Origin: Gordius albopunctatus
Taxonomy: Eukaryota
NCBI GenBank assembly: GCA_964276515.1
Contig: OZ193910.1
Coordinates: forward strand, 4,216,001-4,280,000
Length of the DNA: 64,000 bases
Direction of reading: 5' to 3'
The position numbers were made by a program, and so were the translations under genes. This document shows positions 1 to 11,963 of the stretch, one piece after another; the first letter of the stretch is position 1; each line of letters starts with the position of its first letter. Below the pieces are notes generated by a model. That model was given only the letters and a program-made list of their open reading frames with translations. It was not told the DNA's origin and ran no database searches.

Positions 1-3000
1 TATATAATAGGAACGTCCAAAATATATGTTAAAATGACTAAACTATTTCCTTACATTGTTTTAAATGTCTCAATTATTCACATCATTTGTATTTATTTAT
101 TAAAAAGTCGCATTTATATAATAGGAACGTCCAAAATATATGTTAAAATGACTAAACTATTTCCTTACATTGTTTTAAATGTCTCAATGATTCACATCAT
201 TTTTTTTATTTATTAAAAAGTCGCATTTATATAATAAGAACGTCCAAAATATATGTTAAAATGACTAAACTATTTCCTTACATTGTTTTAAATGTCTCAA
301 TGATTCACATCATTTTTTTTTATTTATTAAAAAGTCGCATTTATATAATAGGAACGTCCAAAATATATGTTAAAATGACTAAACTATTTCCTTACATTGT
401 TTTAAATGTCTCAATGATTCACATCATTTGTATTTATTTATTAAAAAGTCGCATTTATATAATAAGAACGTCCAAAATATATGTTAAAATGACTAAACTA
501 TTTCCTTACATTGTTTTAAATGTCTCAATGATTCACATCATTTGTATTTATTTATTAAAAAGTCGCATTTATATAATAAGAACGTCCAAAATATATGTTA
601 AAATGACTAAACTATTTCCTTACATTGTTTTAAATGTCTCAATGATTCACATCATTTTTTTTATTTATTAAAAAGTCGCATTTATATAATAAGAACGTCC
701 AAAATATATGTTAAAATGACTAAACTATTTCCTTACATTGTTTTAAATGTCTCAATGATTCACATCATTTGTATTTATTTATTAAAAAGTCGCATTTATA
801 TAATAGGAACGTCCAAAATATATGTTAAAATGACTAAACTATTTCCTTACATTGTTTTAAATGTCTCAATGATTCACATCATTTGTATTTATTTATTAAA
901 AAGTCGCATTTATATAATAAGAACGTCCAAAATATATGTTAAAATAACTAAACTATTTCCTTACATTGTTTTAAATGTCTCAATTATTCACATCATTTGT
1001 ATTTATTTATTAAAAAGTCGCATTTTTATAATAGGAACGTCCAAAATATATGTTAAAATGACTAAACTATTTCCTTACATTGTTTTAAATGTCTCAATGA
1101 TTCACATCATTTTTTTTATTTATTAAAAAGTCGCATTTATATAATAAGAACGTCCAAAATATATGTTAAAATGACTAAACTATTTCCTTACATTGTTTTA
1201 AATGTCTCAATGATTCACATCATTTGTATTTATTTATTAAAAAGTCGCATTTATATAATAGGAACGTGCAAAATATATGTTAAAATGACTAAACTATTTC
1301 CTTACATTGTTTTAAATGTCTCAATGATTCACATCATTTGTATTTATTTATTAAAAAGTCGCATTTATATAATAAGAACGTCCAAAATATATGTTAAAAT
1401 GACTAAACTATTTCCTTACATTGTTTTAAATGTCTCAATTATTCACATCATTTGTATTTATTTATTAAAAAGTCGCATTTATATAATAGGAACGTCCAAA
1501 ATATATGTTAAAATGACTAAACTATTTCCTTACATTGTTTTAAATGTCTCAATGATTCACATCATTTTTTTTATTTATTAAAAAGTCGCATTTATATAAT
1601 AAGAACGTCCAAAATATATGTTAAAATGACTAAACTATTTCCTTACATTGTTTTAAATGTCTCAATGATTCACATCATTTGTATTTATTTATTAAAAAGT
1701 CGCATTTATATAATAGGAACGTCCAAAATATATGTTAAAATGACTAAACTATTTCCTTACATTGTTTTAAATGTCTCAATGATTCACATCATTTGTATTT
1801 ATTTATTAAAAAGTCGCATTTATATAATAAGAACGTCCAAAATATATGTTAAAATGACTAAACTATTTCCTTACATTGTTTTAAATGTCTCAATGATTCA
1901 CATCATTTGTATTTATTTATTAAAAAGTCGCATTTATATAATAAGAACGTCCAAAATATATGTTAAAATGACTAAACTATTTCCTTACATTGTTTTAAAT
2001 GTCTCAATGATTCACATCATTTTTTTTATTTATTAAAAAGTCGCATTTATATAATAAGAACGTCCAAAATATATGTTAAAATAACTAAACTATTTCCTTA
2101 CATTGTTTTAAATGTCTCAATGATTCACATCATTTTTTTTTATTTATTAAAAAGTCGCATTTATATAATAAGAACGTCCAAAATATATGTTAAAATGACT
2201 AAACTATTTCCTTACATTGTTTTAAATGTCTCAATGATTCACATCATTTTTTTTATTTATTAAAAAGTCGCATTTATATAATAAGAACATCCAAAATATA
2301 TGTTAAAATGACTAAACTATTTCCTTACATTGTTTTAAATGTCTCAATGATTCACATCATTTGTATTTATTTATTAAAAAGTCGCATTTATATAATAGGA
2401 ACGTCCAAAATATATGTTAAAATAACTAAACTATTTCCTTACATTGTTTTAAATGTCTCAATGATTCACATCATTTGTATTTATTTATTAAAAAGTCGCA
2501 TTTATATAATAAGAACGTCCAAAATATATGTTAAAATGACTAAACTATTTCCTTACATTGTTTTAAATATCTCAATTATTTACATCATTTTTTTTTATTT
2601 ATTAAAAAGTCGCATTTATATAATAAGAACGTCCAAAATATATGTTAAAATAACTAAACTATTTCCTTACATTGTTTTAAATGTCTCAATGATTCACATC
2701 ATTTGTATTTATTTATTAAAAAGTCGCATTTATATAATAGGAACGTCCAAAATATATGTTAAAATGACTAAACTATTTCCTTACATTGTTTTAAATGTCT
2801 CAATGATTCACATCATTTTTTTTTATTTATTAAAAAGTCGCATTTATATAATAAGAACATCCAAAATATATGTTAAAATGACTAAACTATTTCCTTACAT
2901 TGTTTTAAATGTCTCAATGATTCACATCATTTGTATTTATTTATTAAAAAGTCGCATTTATATAATAGGAACGTCCAAAATATATGTTAAAATAACTAAA

Positions 3001-6000
3001 CTATTTCCTTACATTGTTTTAAATGTCTCAATGATTCACATCATTTTTTTTATTTATTAAAAAGTCGCATTTATATAATAAGAACGTCCTAAATATATGT
3101 TAAAATGACTAAACTGTTTCCTTACATTGTTTTAAATGTCTCAATGATTCACATCATTTGTATTTATTTATTAAAAAGTCGCATTTATATAATAGGAACG
3201 TCCAAAATATTTGTTAAAATGACTAAACTATTTCCTTACATTGTTTTAAATGTCTCAATGATTCACATCATTTTTTTTTATTTATTAAAAAGTCGCATTT
3301 ATATAATAAGAACGTCCAAAATATATGTTAAAATGACTAAACTATTTCCTTACATTGTTTTAAATGTCTCAATGATTCACATCATTTTTTTTATTTATTA
3401 AAAAGTCGCATTTATATAATAAGAACGTCCAAAATATATGTTAAAATGACTAAACTATTTCCTTACATTGTTTTAAATGTCTCAATGATTCACATCATTT
3501 GTATTTATTTATTAAAAAGTCGCATTTATATAATAGGAACGTCCAAAATATATGTTAAAATGACTAAACTATTTCCTTACATTGTTTTAAATGTCTCAAT
3601 GATTCACATCATTTGTATTTATTTATTAAAAAGTCGCATTTATATAATAGGAACGTCCAAAATATATGTTAAAATGACTAAACTATTTCCTTACATTGTT
3701 TTAAATGTCTCAATGATTCACATCATTTTTTTTATTTATTAAAAAGTCGCATTTATATAATAAGAACGTCCAAAATATATGTTAAAATGACTAAACTATT
3801 TCCTTACATTGTTTTAAATGTCTCAATGATTCACATCATTTGTATTTATTTATTAAAAAGTCGCATTTATATAATAGGAACGTCCAAAATATATGTTAAA
3901 ATGACTAAACTATTTCCTTACATTGTTTTAAATGTCTCAATGATTCACATCATTTTTATTTATTTATTAAAAAGTCGCATTTATATAATAGGAACGTCCA
4001 AAATATATGTTAAAATGACTAAACTATTTCCTTACATTGTTTTAAATGTCTCAATGATTCACATCATTTTTTTTATTTATTAAAAAGTCGCATTTATATA
4101 ATAAGAACGTCCAAAATATATGTTAAAATGACTAAACTATTTCCTTACATTGTTTTAAATGTCTCAATGATTCACATCATTTTTTTTTATTTATTAAAAA
4201 GTCGCATTTATATAATAAGAACGTCCAAAATATATGTTAAAATGACTAAACTATTTCCTTACATTGTTTTAAATGTCTCAATGATTCACATCATTTTTTT
4301 TTATTTATTAAAAAGTCGCATTTATATAATAAGAACGTCCAAAATATATGTTAAAATGACTAAACTATTTCCTTACATTGTTTTAAATGTCTCAATGATT
4401 CACATCATTTTTTTTATTTATTAAAAAGTCGCATTTATATAATAAGAACGTCCAAAATATATGTTAAAATGACTAAACTATTTCCTTACATTGTTTTAAA
4501 TGTCTCAATGATTCACATCATTTGTATTTATTTATTAAAAAGTCGCATTTATATAATAAGAACGTCCAAAATATATGTTAAAATGACTAAACTATTTCCT
4601 TACATTGTTTTAAATGTCTCAATGATTCACATCATTTTTTTTTATTTATTAAAAAGTCGCATTTATATAATAGGAACGTCCAAAATATATGTTAAAATGA
4701 CTAAACTATTTCCTTACATTGTTTTAAATGTCTCAATGATTCACATCATTTGTATTTATTTATTAAAAAGTCGCATTTATATAATAAGAACGTCCAAAAT
4801 ATATGTTAAAATGACTAAACTATTTCCTTACATTGTTTTAAATGTCTCAATGATTCACATCATTTGTATTTATTTATTAAAAAGTCGCATTTATATAATA
4901 AGAACGTCCAAAATATATGTTAAAATGACTAAACTATTTCCTTACATTGTTTTAAATGTCTCAATGATTCACATCATTTTTTTTTATTTATTAAAAAGTC
5001 GCATTTATATAATAGGAACGTCCAAAATATATGTTAAAATGACTAAACTATTTCCTTACATTGTTTTAAATTTCTCAATGATTCACATCATTTGTATTTA
5101 TTTATTAAAAAGTCGCATTTATATAATAAGAACGTCCAAAATATATGTTAAAATGACTAAACTATTTCCTTACATTGTTTTAAATGTCTCAATGATTCAC
5201 ATCATTTGTATTTATTTATTAAAAAGTCGCATTTATATAATAGGAACGTCCAAAATATTTGTTAAAATGACTAAACTATTTCCTTACATTGTTTTAAATG
5301 TCTCAATGATTCACATCATTTTTTTTTATTTATTAAAAAGTCGCATTTATATAATAAGAACGTCCAAAATATATGTTAAAATGACTAAACTATTTCCTTA
5401 CATTGTTTTAAATGTCTCAATGATTCACATCATTTTTTTTATTTATTAAAAAGTCGCATTTATATAATAAGAACGTCCAAAATATATGTTAAAATGACTA
5501 AACTATTTCCTTACATTGTTTTAAATGTCTCAATGATTCACATCATTTGTATTTATTTATTAAAAAGTCGCATTTATATAATAGGAACGTCCAAAATATA
5601 TGTTAAAATGACTAAACTATTTCCTTACATTGTTTTAAATGTCTCAATGATTCACATCATTTGTATTTATTTATTAAAAAGTCGCATTTATATAATAGGA
5701 ACGTCCAAAATATATGTTAAAATGACTAAACTATTTCCTTACATTGTTTTAAATGTCTCAATGATTCACATCATTTTTTTTATTTATTAAAAAGTCGCAT
5801 TTATATAATAAGAACGTCCAAAATATATGTTAAAATGACTAAACTATTTCCTTACATTGTTTTAAATGTCTCAATGATTCACATCATTTGTATTTATTTA
5901 TTAAAAAGTCGCATTTATATAATAGGAACGTCCAAAATATATGTTAAAATGACTAAACTATTTCCTTACATTGTTTTAAATGTCTCAATGATTCACATCA

Positions 6001-6124
6001 TTTGTATTTATTTATTAAAAAGTCGCATTTATATAATAAGAACGTCCAAAATATATGTTAAAATGACTAAACTATTTCCTTACATTGTTTTAAATGTCTC
6101 AATGATTCACATCATTTGTATTTA
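1..6124 (+). repeat. 113/114-bp AT-rich satellite array, block 1 (~54 monomers; runs off the left edge)
   Basis: Tandem unit aaaatgactaaactatttccttacattgttttaaatgtctcaatgattcacatcatt(tgtat/T-run)ttatttattaaaaagtcgcatttatataata(a/g)gaacgtccaaaatatatgtt, ~23% GC. Ends sharply at ...catttgtattta|gtactc. Confidence 0.99.
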
Positions 6125-6440
6125 GTACTCAAAAATCATGGGACTTCACGCCTACGCCTCCCCAAAAAATATAATCGCGAAATTTAGATATTTTGGTTTA
6201 TAATATTATGTAAAAGCGAGAAAAATATTTTTATTACAAATTATTTATTAATACAACGTCAAAATAGTTAAAATAAGAAGTGTATAATGATGGTTTATAA
6301 ATTATCTTGTTCGGTTAATTTAAGAATTTCCAATTTATCCATATTACTGGTGTCCCTTTCTACGTTGCCTTTCAAATAGCGGATAATATCGTAATAAATT
6401 GCTTTATCGTCATCTAGTTTATTAAAAGTAAAAATTATTG

Positions 6441-6561
6441 CTAATCCAAAAATTTGTTGAAATTTATTAAATTTATGGAGGAAATTTTCGGAAAATGATC
6501 CTTTTGCCCCTCCCTAAATCATTATTACCCCCCCCTAATTTTAATTCTGGTTACGCCCATG
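6441..6561 (+). mobile_element. MITE family A, 3' half only
   Basis: Matches the body of the other copies (aatccaaaaatttgttgaaatttattaa...ttttgcccctccctaaatcattatt) and ends in the TIR ggttacgcccatg. Confidence 0.75.
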
Positions 6562-7163
6562 GCTTTGGGCAAGGGCAAAAAATGAAATTTTCTATCTCTG
6601 GTCAGGCTGAATCCAATTTTAATAAAATATTTGGCCTTAGGTTCAGCTCGGATCAAGTCAAATAAGTAGTGCTTTGGGTGTATCTATTTTATGTTGAAAC
6701 AATTATTTGAAGTTATTACTTTTAGGCGATTTCCCTGAAATACACTGAGGAAACTTTGTACCTACCATTATTCTAATTCATAATAATTAATATGTTGATG
6801 ATTTATTTTCAACAATCTCATCGGGTTCACATCAATCTACTCACTGTTATGATCAAATAATTGGAAAATTATAATCTCAAAAACGTCTAAGGAAATTTAA
6901 TCCATAGAACTAACAGGCAACATATAAGTGCCAAATCTTAGTCTTTGTAATTATAAATATTTGGAGCTCCGTTAAATGGCTACGCATACAGTAGCAGCCT
7001 AGTTAACAATATTTAAAAGGTTAATAAATGAGCATATGAAAATCGAGGTCTATAGGCTCCTTCCAATAATTAAAAATGTTTCTTAATGATATTAACATTG
7101 ATTTACAATAAAAAATATAAATCGATAATACTTCAAAAGAATTTATGTTATAGATACTAATCC

Positions 7164-8491
7164 TCAATCTTGCAATAACAAATCAGTGCCCAATTTAAAT
7201 TTAATCAAATGCGTACTGTCATGCTTTCGGCTAATGAAATTGGCGACAAAATCAAAAGACAAATACGAAAGAAACGACAAGGCGTTTGCAATTAAGGCGG
7301 TCCAGTAAGCGCTTCCATAAGCCTTTTAAAGTATTTTTAATTTTAAAATATTGATAAATCTCAATTATGTAAAATGTGTAAAAAGGTGACATGACATTTA
7401 CTTGAAAGATTAGGGTATAGTCGTAATGCTTTACGAAATGATCTGGATGTATAGCCGTACCAACTTCTATGGCAAACAGGCCTCCCAATCTAACAATAAC
7501 TTAAAAATCATTATTAATAATTCATTAAAGCGAGCGAAACATCTATTATGATTACATTAATTTTTAGTTTAATGGTGTTCTTTAAACTATTTAGACCTAA
7601 TTTTGCATTTGGTCTGCTGGACTATTAATAATTCAAAAAAGGTTACTAATATTTATGAATCTTAAGGCAATTAAATTAAAATAGATGAACCATCATATAG
7701 CAGCCACATCATATTACACACTTACTAGCTAGGAGTATGGTCGCGTTAATCACACCGGTTATAGTGTAAATGCGATCTACGTAGAGATGCGTTATCGTCA
7801 TAAAAAGGGATAATATTTCCAAGGCTAGGGCAAAAGTGGTGCATGCCAAAGTCGTTTTGAAAAAACCTGTTTTGATTTTAAATAAATAAATAAATAAAAC
7901 AGACTTTAATACTTGGCATTAGGATGGAATCATGGGTAAGTTCAGTAGCTAAATTGTCGTGATCTTCGTTTAGGTAATAGAAAGGCTCTTGCATTTCTTC
8001 GTCTAGCATTTGAACACAATGCTTTTTATGGCAGACTTTGGTCAGACCGAATTTAATATCCTTTCCAATCCACCATTCATCCGATAGGATTGCAACTTAG
8101 TTTTTTTAATTTAATTTCGAAAAACAAACTACATCTTTTTAACAAATTGTTAAAGCACATTATAACATGAATTTGTGAAACTTTAAGAGTGATTGATTTA
8201 AATTAATTTATTTTGAAAAATATTAAAAATCGAACTCTGACTGATTTTATTGAAATTTTTGCTATCGGCCATATGTCTTGATGCCATATATTAGTAAAAG
8301 CCAAAGGTCAACTAAACAAAACCTAGTCGTTTTACAACAAGGGATGCTGATTTAATAACTTTTTCCATGTATGAATTAGAGAAAACAAAAAAACAATTCG
8401 AATTACTTAGGTTGAGAATAATTGAAATTGCTAGTATAGTGCTAGGAAGTAGCCATAACAAGGGTAAATATCTAATATTATACAAATCCAT
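7164..8491 (-). CDS. Claudin/PMP22/EMP-superfamily tetraspan membrane protein, 5 exons, ~221 aa
   Basis: Hand-spliced exons 8491-8407, 8095-7913, 7866-7726, 7499-7402 and 7322-7164. All introns are GT-AG and phase-compatible; 666 nt total. Protein MDLYNIRYLPLLWLLPSTILAISIILNLIAILSDEWWIGKDIKFGLTKVCHKKHC...FFKTTLACTTFALALEILSLFM...AYGSAYWTALIANALSFLSYLSF...LLLQD*. It has four hydrophobic segments, a W...GLxxxC...C first-loop signature and a YG motif before TM4. Confidence 0.8.
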
Positions 8492-9339
8492 ATAATACGA
8501 TTAGATCACTTTACGAAAGAAATATAAAGTCACTACAAAAAATAGTTATTCTAGAATTAATAAAATTTATAATTAAAATTAAATTTACCAGACTAAGTTT
8601 ACAGTAAAATAAAGAGTACTGTATAACTATATTTCTCCTATTGGCCCAATAAGATTTAAGAGTGGTAAAAGTGCTGGACAATAAGTTTGTCATCTTCTTT
8701 TTTACCAAACTTAATCATTTTAAAACTTTTAAATAGGGCAGAAATTATTGTTTCAGGACAAAGTTCAAACAACTTACGCTTTATATACATGGTCATAATT
8801 ATAATTTTTCTCCGCGATCTTCTGTTGCGAAAAAGATGAGATTTTGTTTATTTAAAAATCCCCTTAAAAACTCCAAAAAATAAATTTATAACTATCATAG
8901 ATACTTCAGTATGCAGAAATGCGACTATTTATTTTCATTTTTCAGCTATTAGCTAATTTATATAATATATAATGTAAAAGTTCTCTACTCAAGGCAAACC
9001 CTCGAGACCTTAAGAGAGTAAACTTTGACTAAAATTGTTTTAAGCCAAAAGTCCATTGCCATGTTAACCACTTTTATCTATGTTTTATAAATATTTTCAC
9101 TTTATTTAATCAAAAATTTCATATAAAATTTATATGTAAACCTAAATCAACGTTATGACGCGTTCGACGAAAGCGTATATCATCAATTCACGTAGCACCC
9201 GTAATTGCTGCTCATTGTTGAAACGTATAATCTAATTTTTTTCGAAGCAAAAAAATAACTCATAGCCCTTCAAATACGCAATCTTTTTCCTCTTTAAACA
9301 CATTAATTCAATAAAGTTCCTTAAAACCGCCACAGCAAA

Positions 9340-9777
9340 ATGAGCGGAATGTCAGGGGTCACCTTGGATGCGGAGTGCTTGACAGTTTTTGAAGAGATGA
9401 AAATGAAGAGTAATCACAAATTTATCATATACGGTATGTCGCCCGATAACGCTAAAATAGTGGTTAAACAGAAGGGGGGAGCCCATGCTAAATATGAAGA
9501 ATTTATACATGCACTCAACGAAGTGCAACAACACAAAGATTGCTGTTACGCTTTGGTCGATTTTGATTTCGTTAGCCCTAAAACGAATCAACCAAGTCAC
9601 AAATTGATTTTTTACATATGGTGCCCGGACACTTCTGATACCAAGAAAAAAATGCTTTACACTTCGAGCAAAGAAGCCCTGAAAAAATCGCTGCAAGGAG
9701 TTTTGGTAGAAATTCAGGGCAATTCAATGAACGACGTCCAATACCAAAAGGTGTTGGAGAAAGTTTGTGAAAAATGA
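9340..9777 (+). CDS. ADF/cofilin (actin-depolymerizing factor), single coding exon, 145 aa
   Basis: N-terminal SGV, KFIIY, CCYALVDFDF and KLIFYIWCPDTSDTKKKMLYTSSKEALKKSLQG are ADF-H hallmarks. AATAAA lies at ~9871. Confidence 0.96.
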   Translation: MSGMSGVTLDAECLTVFEEMKMKSNHKFIIYGMSPDNAKIVVKQKGGAHAKYEEFIHALNEVQQHKDCCYALVDFDFVSPKTNQPSHKLIFYIWCPDTSDTKKKMLYTSSKEALKKSLQGVLVEIQGNSMNDVQYQKVLEKVCEK

Positions 9778-11018
9778 GGAAGGATAATGATTTTTATAAT
9801 CCTACACCAATTATATTTATAAATTAATGTTTAATCAAAAATTTTGTTTTCTCTCGTCGCTTTTGAGATTAATAAATAGTGGCTATTATTATTAGTCATG
9901 GTTTTAAACGTTAATCAATCTTTTTTTTAAAACTTTTAAATCCTATGAAAACGACATTTTAAATAAAAATTAATCAAATAATTGGGAAATTAAAGTTACT
10001 AAACGAAGTACAAACAAAAAATTAAAAAAAATTAAGCAGTTTTTTGTTCTGATATAAATGAATAATAACGTGAAGTCGTATGATATAGACCTACATGGGC
10101 GGCCCAGCTCTCGGGTCAGACTAGGACTTAAAAATGGCAGTCTGCTTAATTCCCAACTATCCCTTAAATTTAAATAAAATTAGGCCGAATTTTTTAAACG
10201 TAAATTTTCAAATAATGTTACTATTTTTTGTACAAAATCTCGAATTCTATTAAAAAAGTTAGAATATATTTTTTAACAATTTTGACATTTATTTATTTCG
10301 TGTTATTTAGCATCTACAACTACCTTTGTTTCAAATTTAACAATAAAGAAAACTACCTCTCGTAAAGAATATAATTAAATTCTTTATTCTGTAAATGAAA
10401 ATGCCTTAGGGAAGGTCACAAGTTTTGACGATATGTTTAAGTTCAAATTCAAAAAAAATTTATAACCTAATTTTTACTTACCAAACATAGTCCAGCAGTT
10501 TAATTTTACCAAGCCAAATCCGGCCGAACCTACTCTAAACTTTAACAACCCGGACGCGGCCCAAAATTTTAAAAGTAAAATGCCGAATTCTGATCGGCTC
10601 AGGGCTCTGGTTTAAGGCATCAACTGTTTTTATTGTGCAAAAGATAAACTAGGGCGACAGGCGCACAATAATAAAATGTGGCTTGATTCAATTTAAAAGC
10701 GTATTTGAACATTTGGACGTTAAAAGATTAATAAGGTTCATGTGAATTGCATTTTTAAGAATTCTGAAAAAACATTCATACTAAATCAAATCAGTATTAT
10801 TACTATAGAGAAGATTTATTTTATCTAGGCTAAATACATAAGGGGCATTACAAATTAAAACTGATAAATAATATTTCCAATCCTAATTTTAATTGACCTA
10901 TATCTTAATCTCAAGTTTAGAAGATTAAATGAGTGCCAATGGAATAATTTATAAATATTTCCATGTTTAATAATAACATAAGCATTTAAAGCAAACGCAA
11001 AATCAAATATTTATATTA

Positions 11019-11181
11019 CATGGGCGAAGACAATGGTGGGGGCAGGGAGATGTGGGTGACCCCCTTTAAATCCAAATTTTTTTTTGAAATTTATTAAATG
11101 GTTAAAATTTAAAAAATTATCATTTTGCCCTTCCCTAAATCATAATTGCCCCCTCTAATCCCAATGCTGGCTACACCAATA
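11019..11181 (+). mobile_element. MITE family A, full-length but degenerate
   Basis: Decayed TIRs catgggcgaagac...ggctacaccaata, with the same G-rich 5' end, AT core and ttttgcccttccctaaatcataattgcccc segment as the other copies. Confidence 0.75.
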
Positions 11182-11277
11182 TTTGTATAACAATACCCAT
11201 GTCTTTGTTAACTAAGCTGCCCAGCTTCGACAACGCGAATTTCCTGAGGTCAGCGCTAACCATGAGTGAGATATCAA

Positions 11278-11763
11278 ATGCGACAACGTCCACAACAAGT
11301 TAAGTTTTATCTCTTTATCCTAACTACATGCATCGGGCTATATTATATATCCCAAAATTCGACAAAAAGATTGTTAGGGAATTATTCACAAAATTTGAGC
11401 CAAAATTCCGATTGTTTTAGGGATATTTATAATCTGAATGAACCAGAATTTGAAGCCTCGACAATACAAACTACTTCAAACCTTCCAACAGAGATTATTC
11501 CTGAAAAATCTTCAAAAATCGATCCCACATGTGGGACCATATGCGATTTATCAATAACAGGCAAACCAACGAAATATCACGATTATCTTGAGAAACCATT
11601 CGATTGCAAAACTCTAATGGGTAAATTGGCAGAAATTAATGGCAGCACGGGGTATGAATGGCCCCCACCCCAACAACCCCCAGACGCGCTATGGTCCGAT
11701 TACACCATGAACGGAGCTATGCCATTAGTGGAATATGAATACGAAGCTCAACGCTTAGTTGGC
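11278..11763 (+). CDS. Type II membrane protein, DUF268-like, 3'-truncated by an assembly gap
   Basis: Open frame MRQRPQQVKFYLFILTTCIGLYYIS (signal anchor), an S/T/E-rich stem, CGTICDL...PFDCKTL, then WPPPQQPPDALWSDYTMNGAMPLVEYEY. The last part resembles the PP..(I/P)P..L...(F/Y)TMNG..P start of DUF268 proteins (recalled, not searched). Confidence 0.6.
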
Positions 11764-11963
11764 NNNNNNNNNNNNNNNNNNNNNNNNNNNNNNNNNNNNN
11801 NNNNNNNNNNNNNNNNNNNNNNNNNNNNNNNNNNNNNNNNNNNNNNNNNNNNNNNNNNNNNNNNNNNNNNNNNNNNNNNNNNNNNNNNNNNNNNNNNNNN
11901 NNNNNNNNNNNNNNNNNNNNNNNNNNNNNNNNNNNNNNNNNNNNNNNNNNNNNNNNNNNNNNN
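11764..11963. other. Assembly gap (200 N)
   Basis: Run of 200 N that interrupts the DUF268-like ORF. Confidence 1.

Noticed and set aside
9352..9696. 114-aa minus-strand ORF
   Set aside because: Antisense shadow of cofilin.
10095..10610. GC-richer patches (catgggcggcccagc..., ccggccgaacc..., cccggacgcggccc) as a further MITE
   Set aside because: No matching TIR pair or TSD could be defined; possibly an old repeat remnant.
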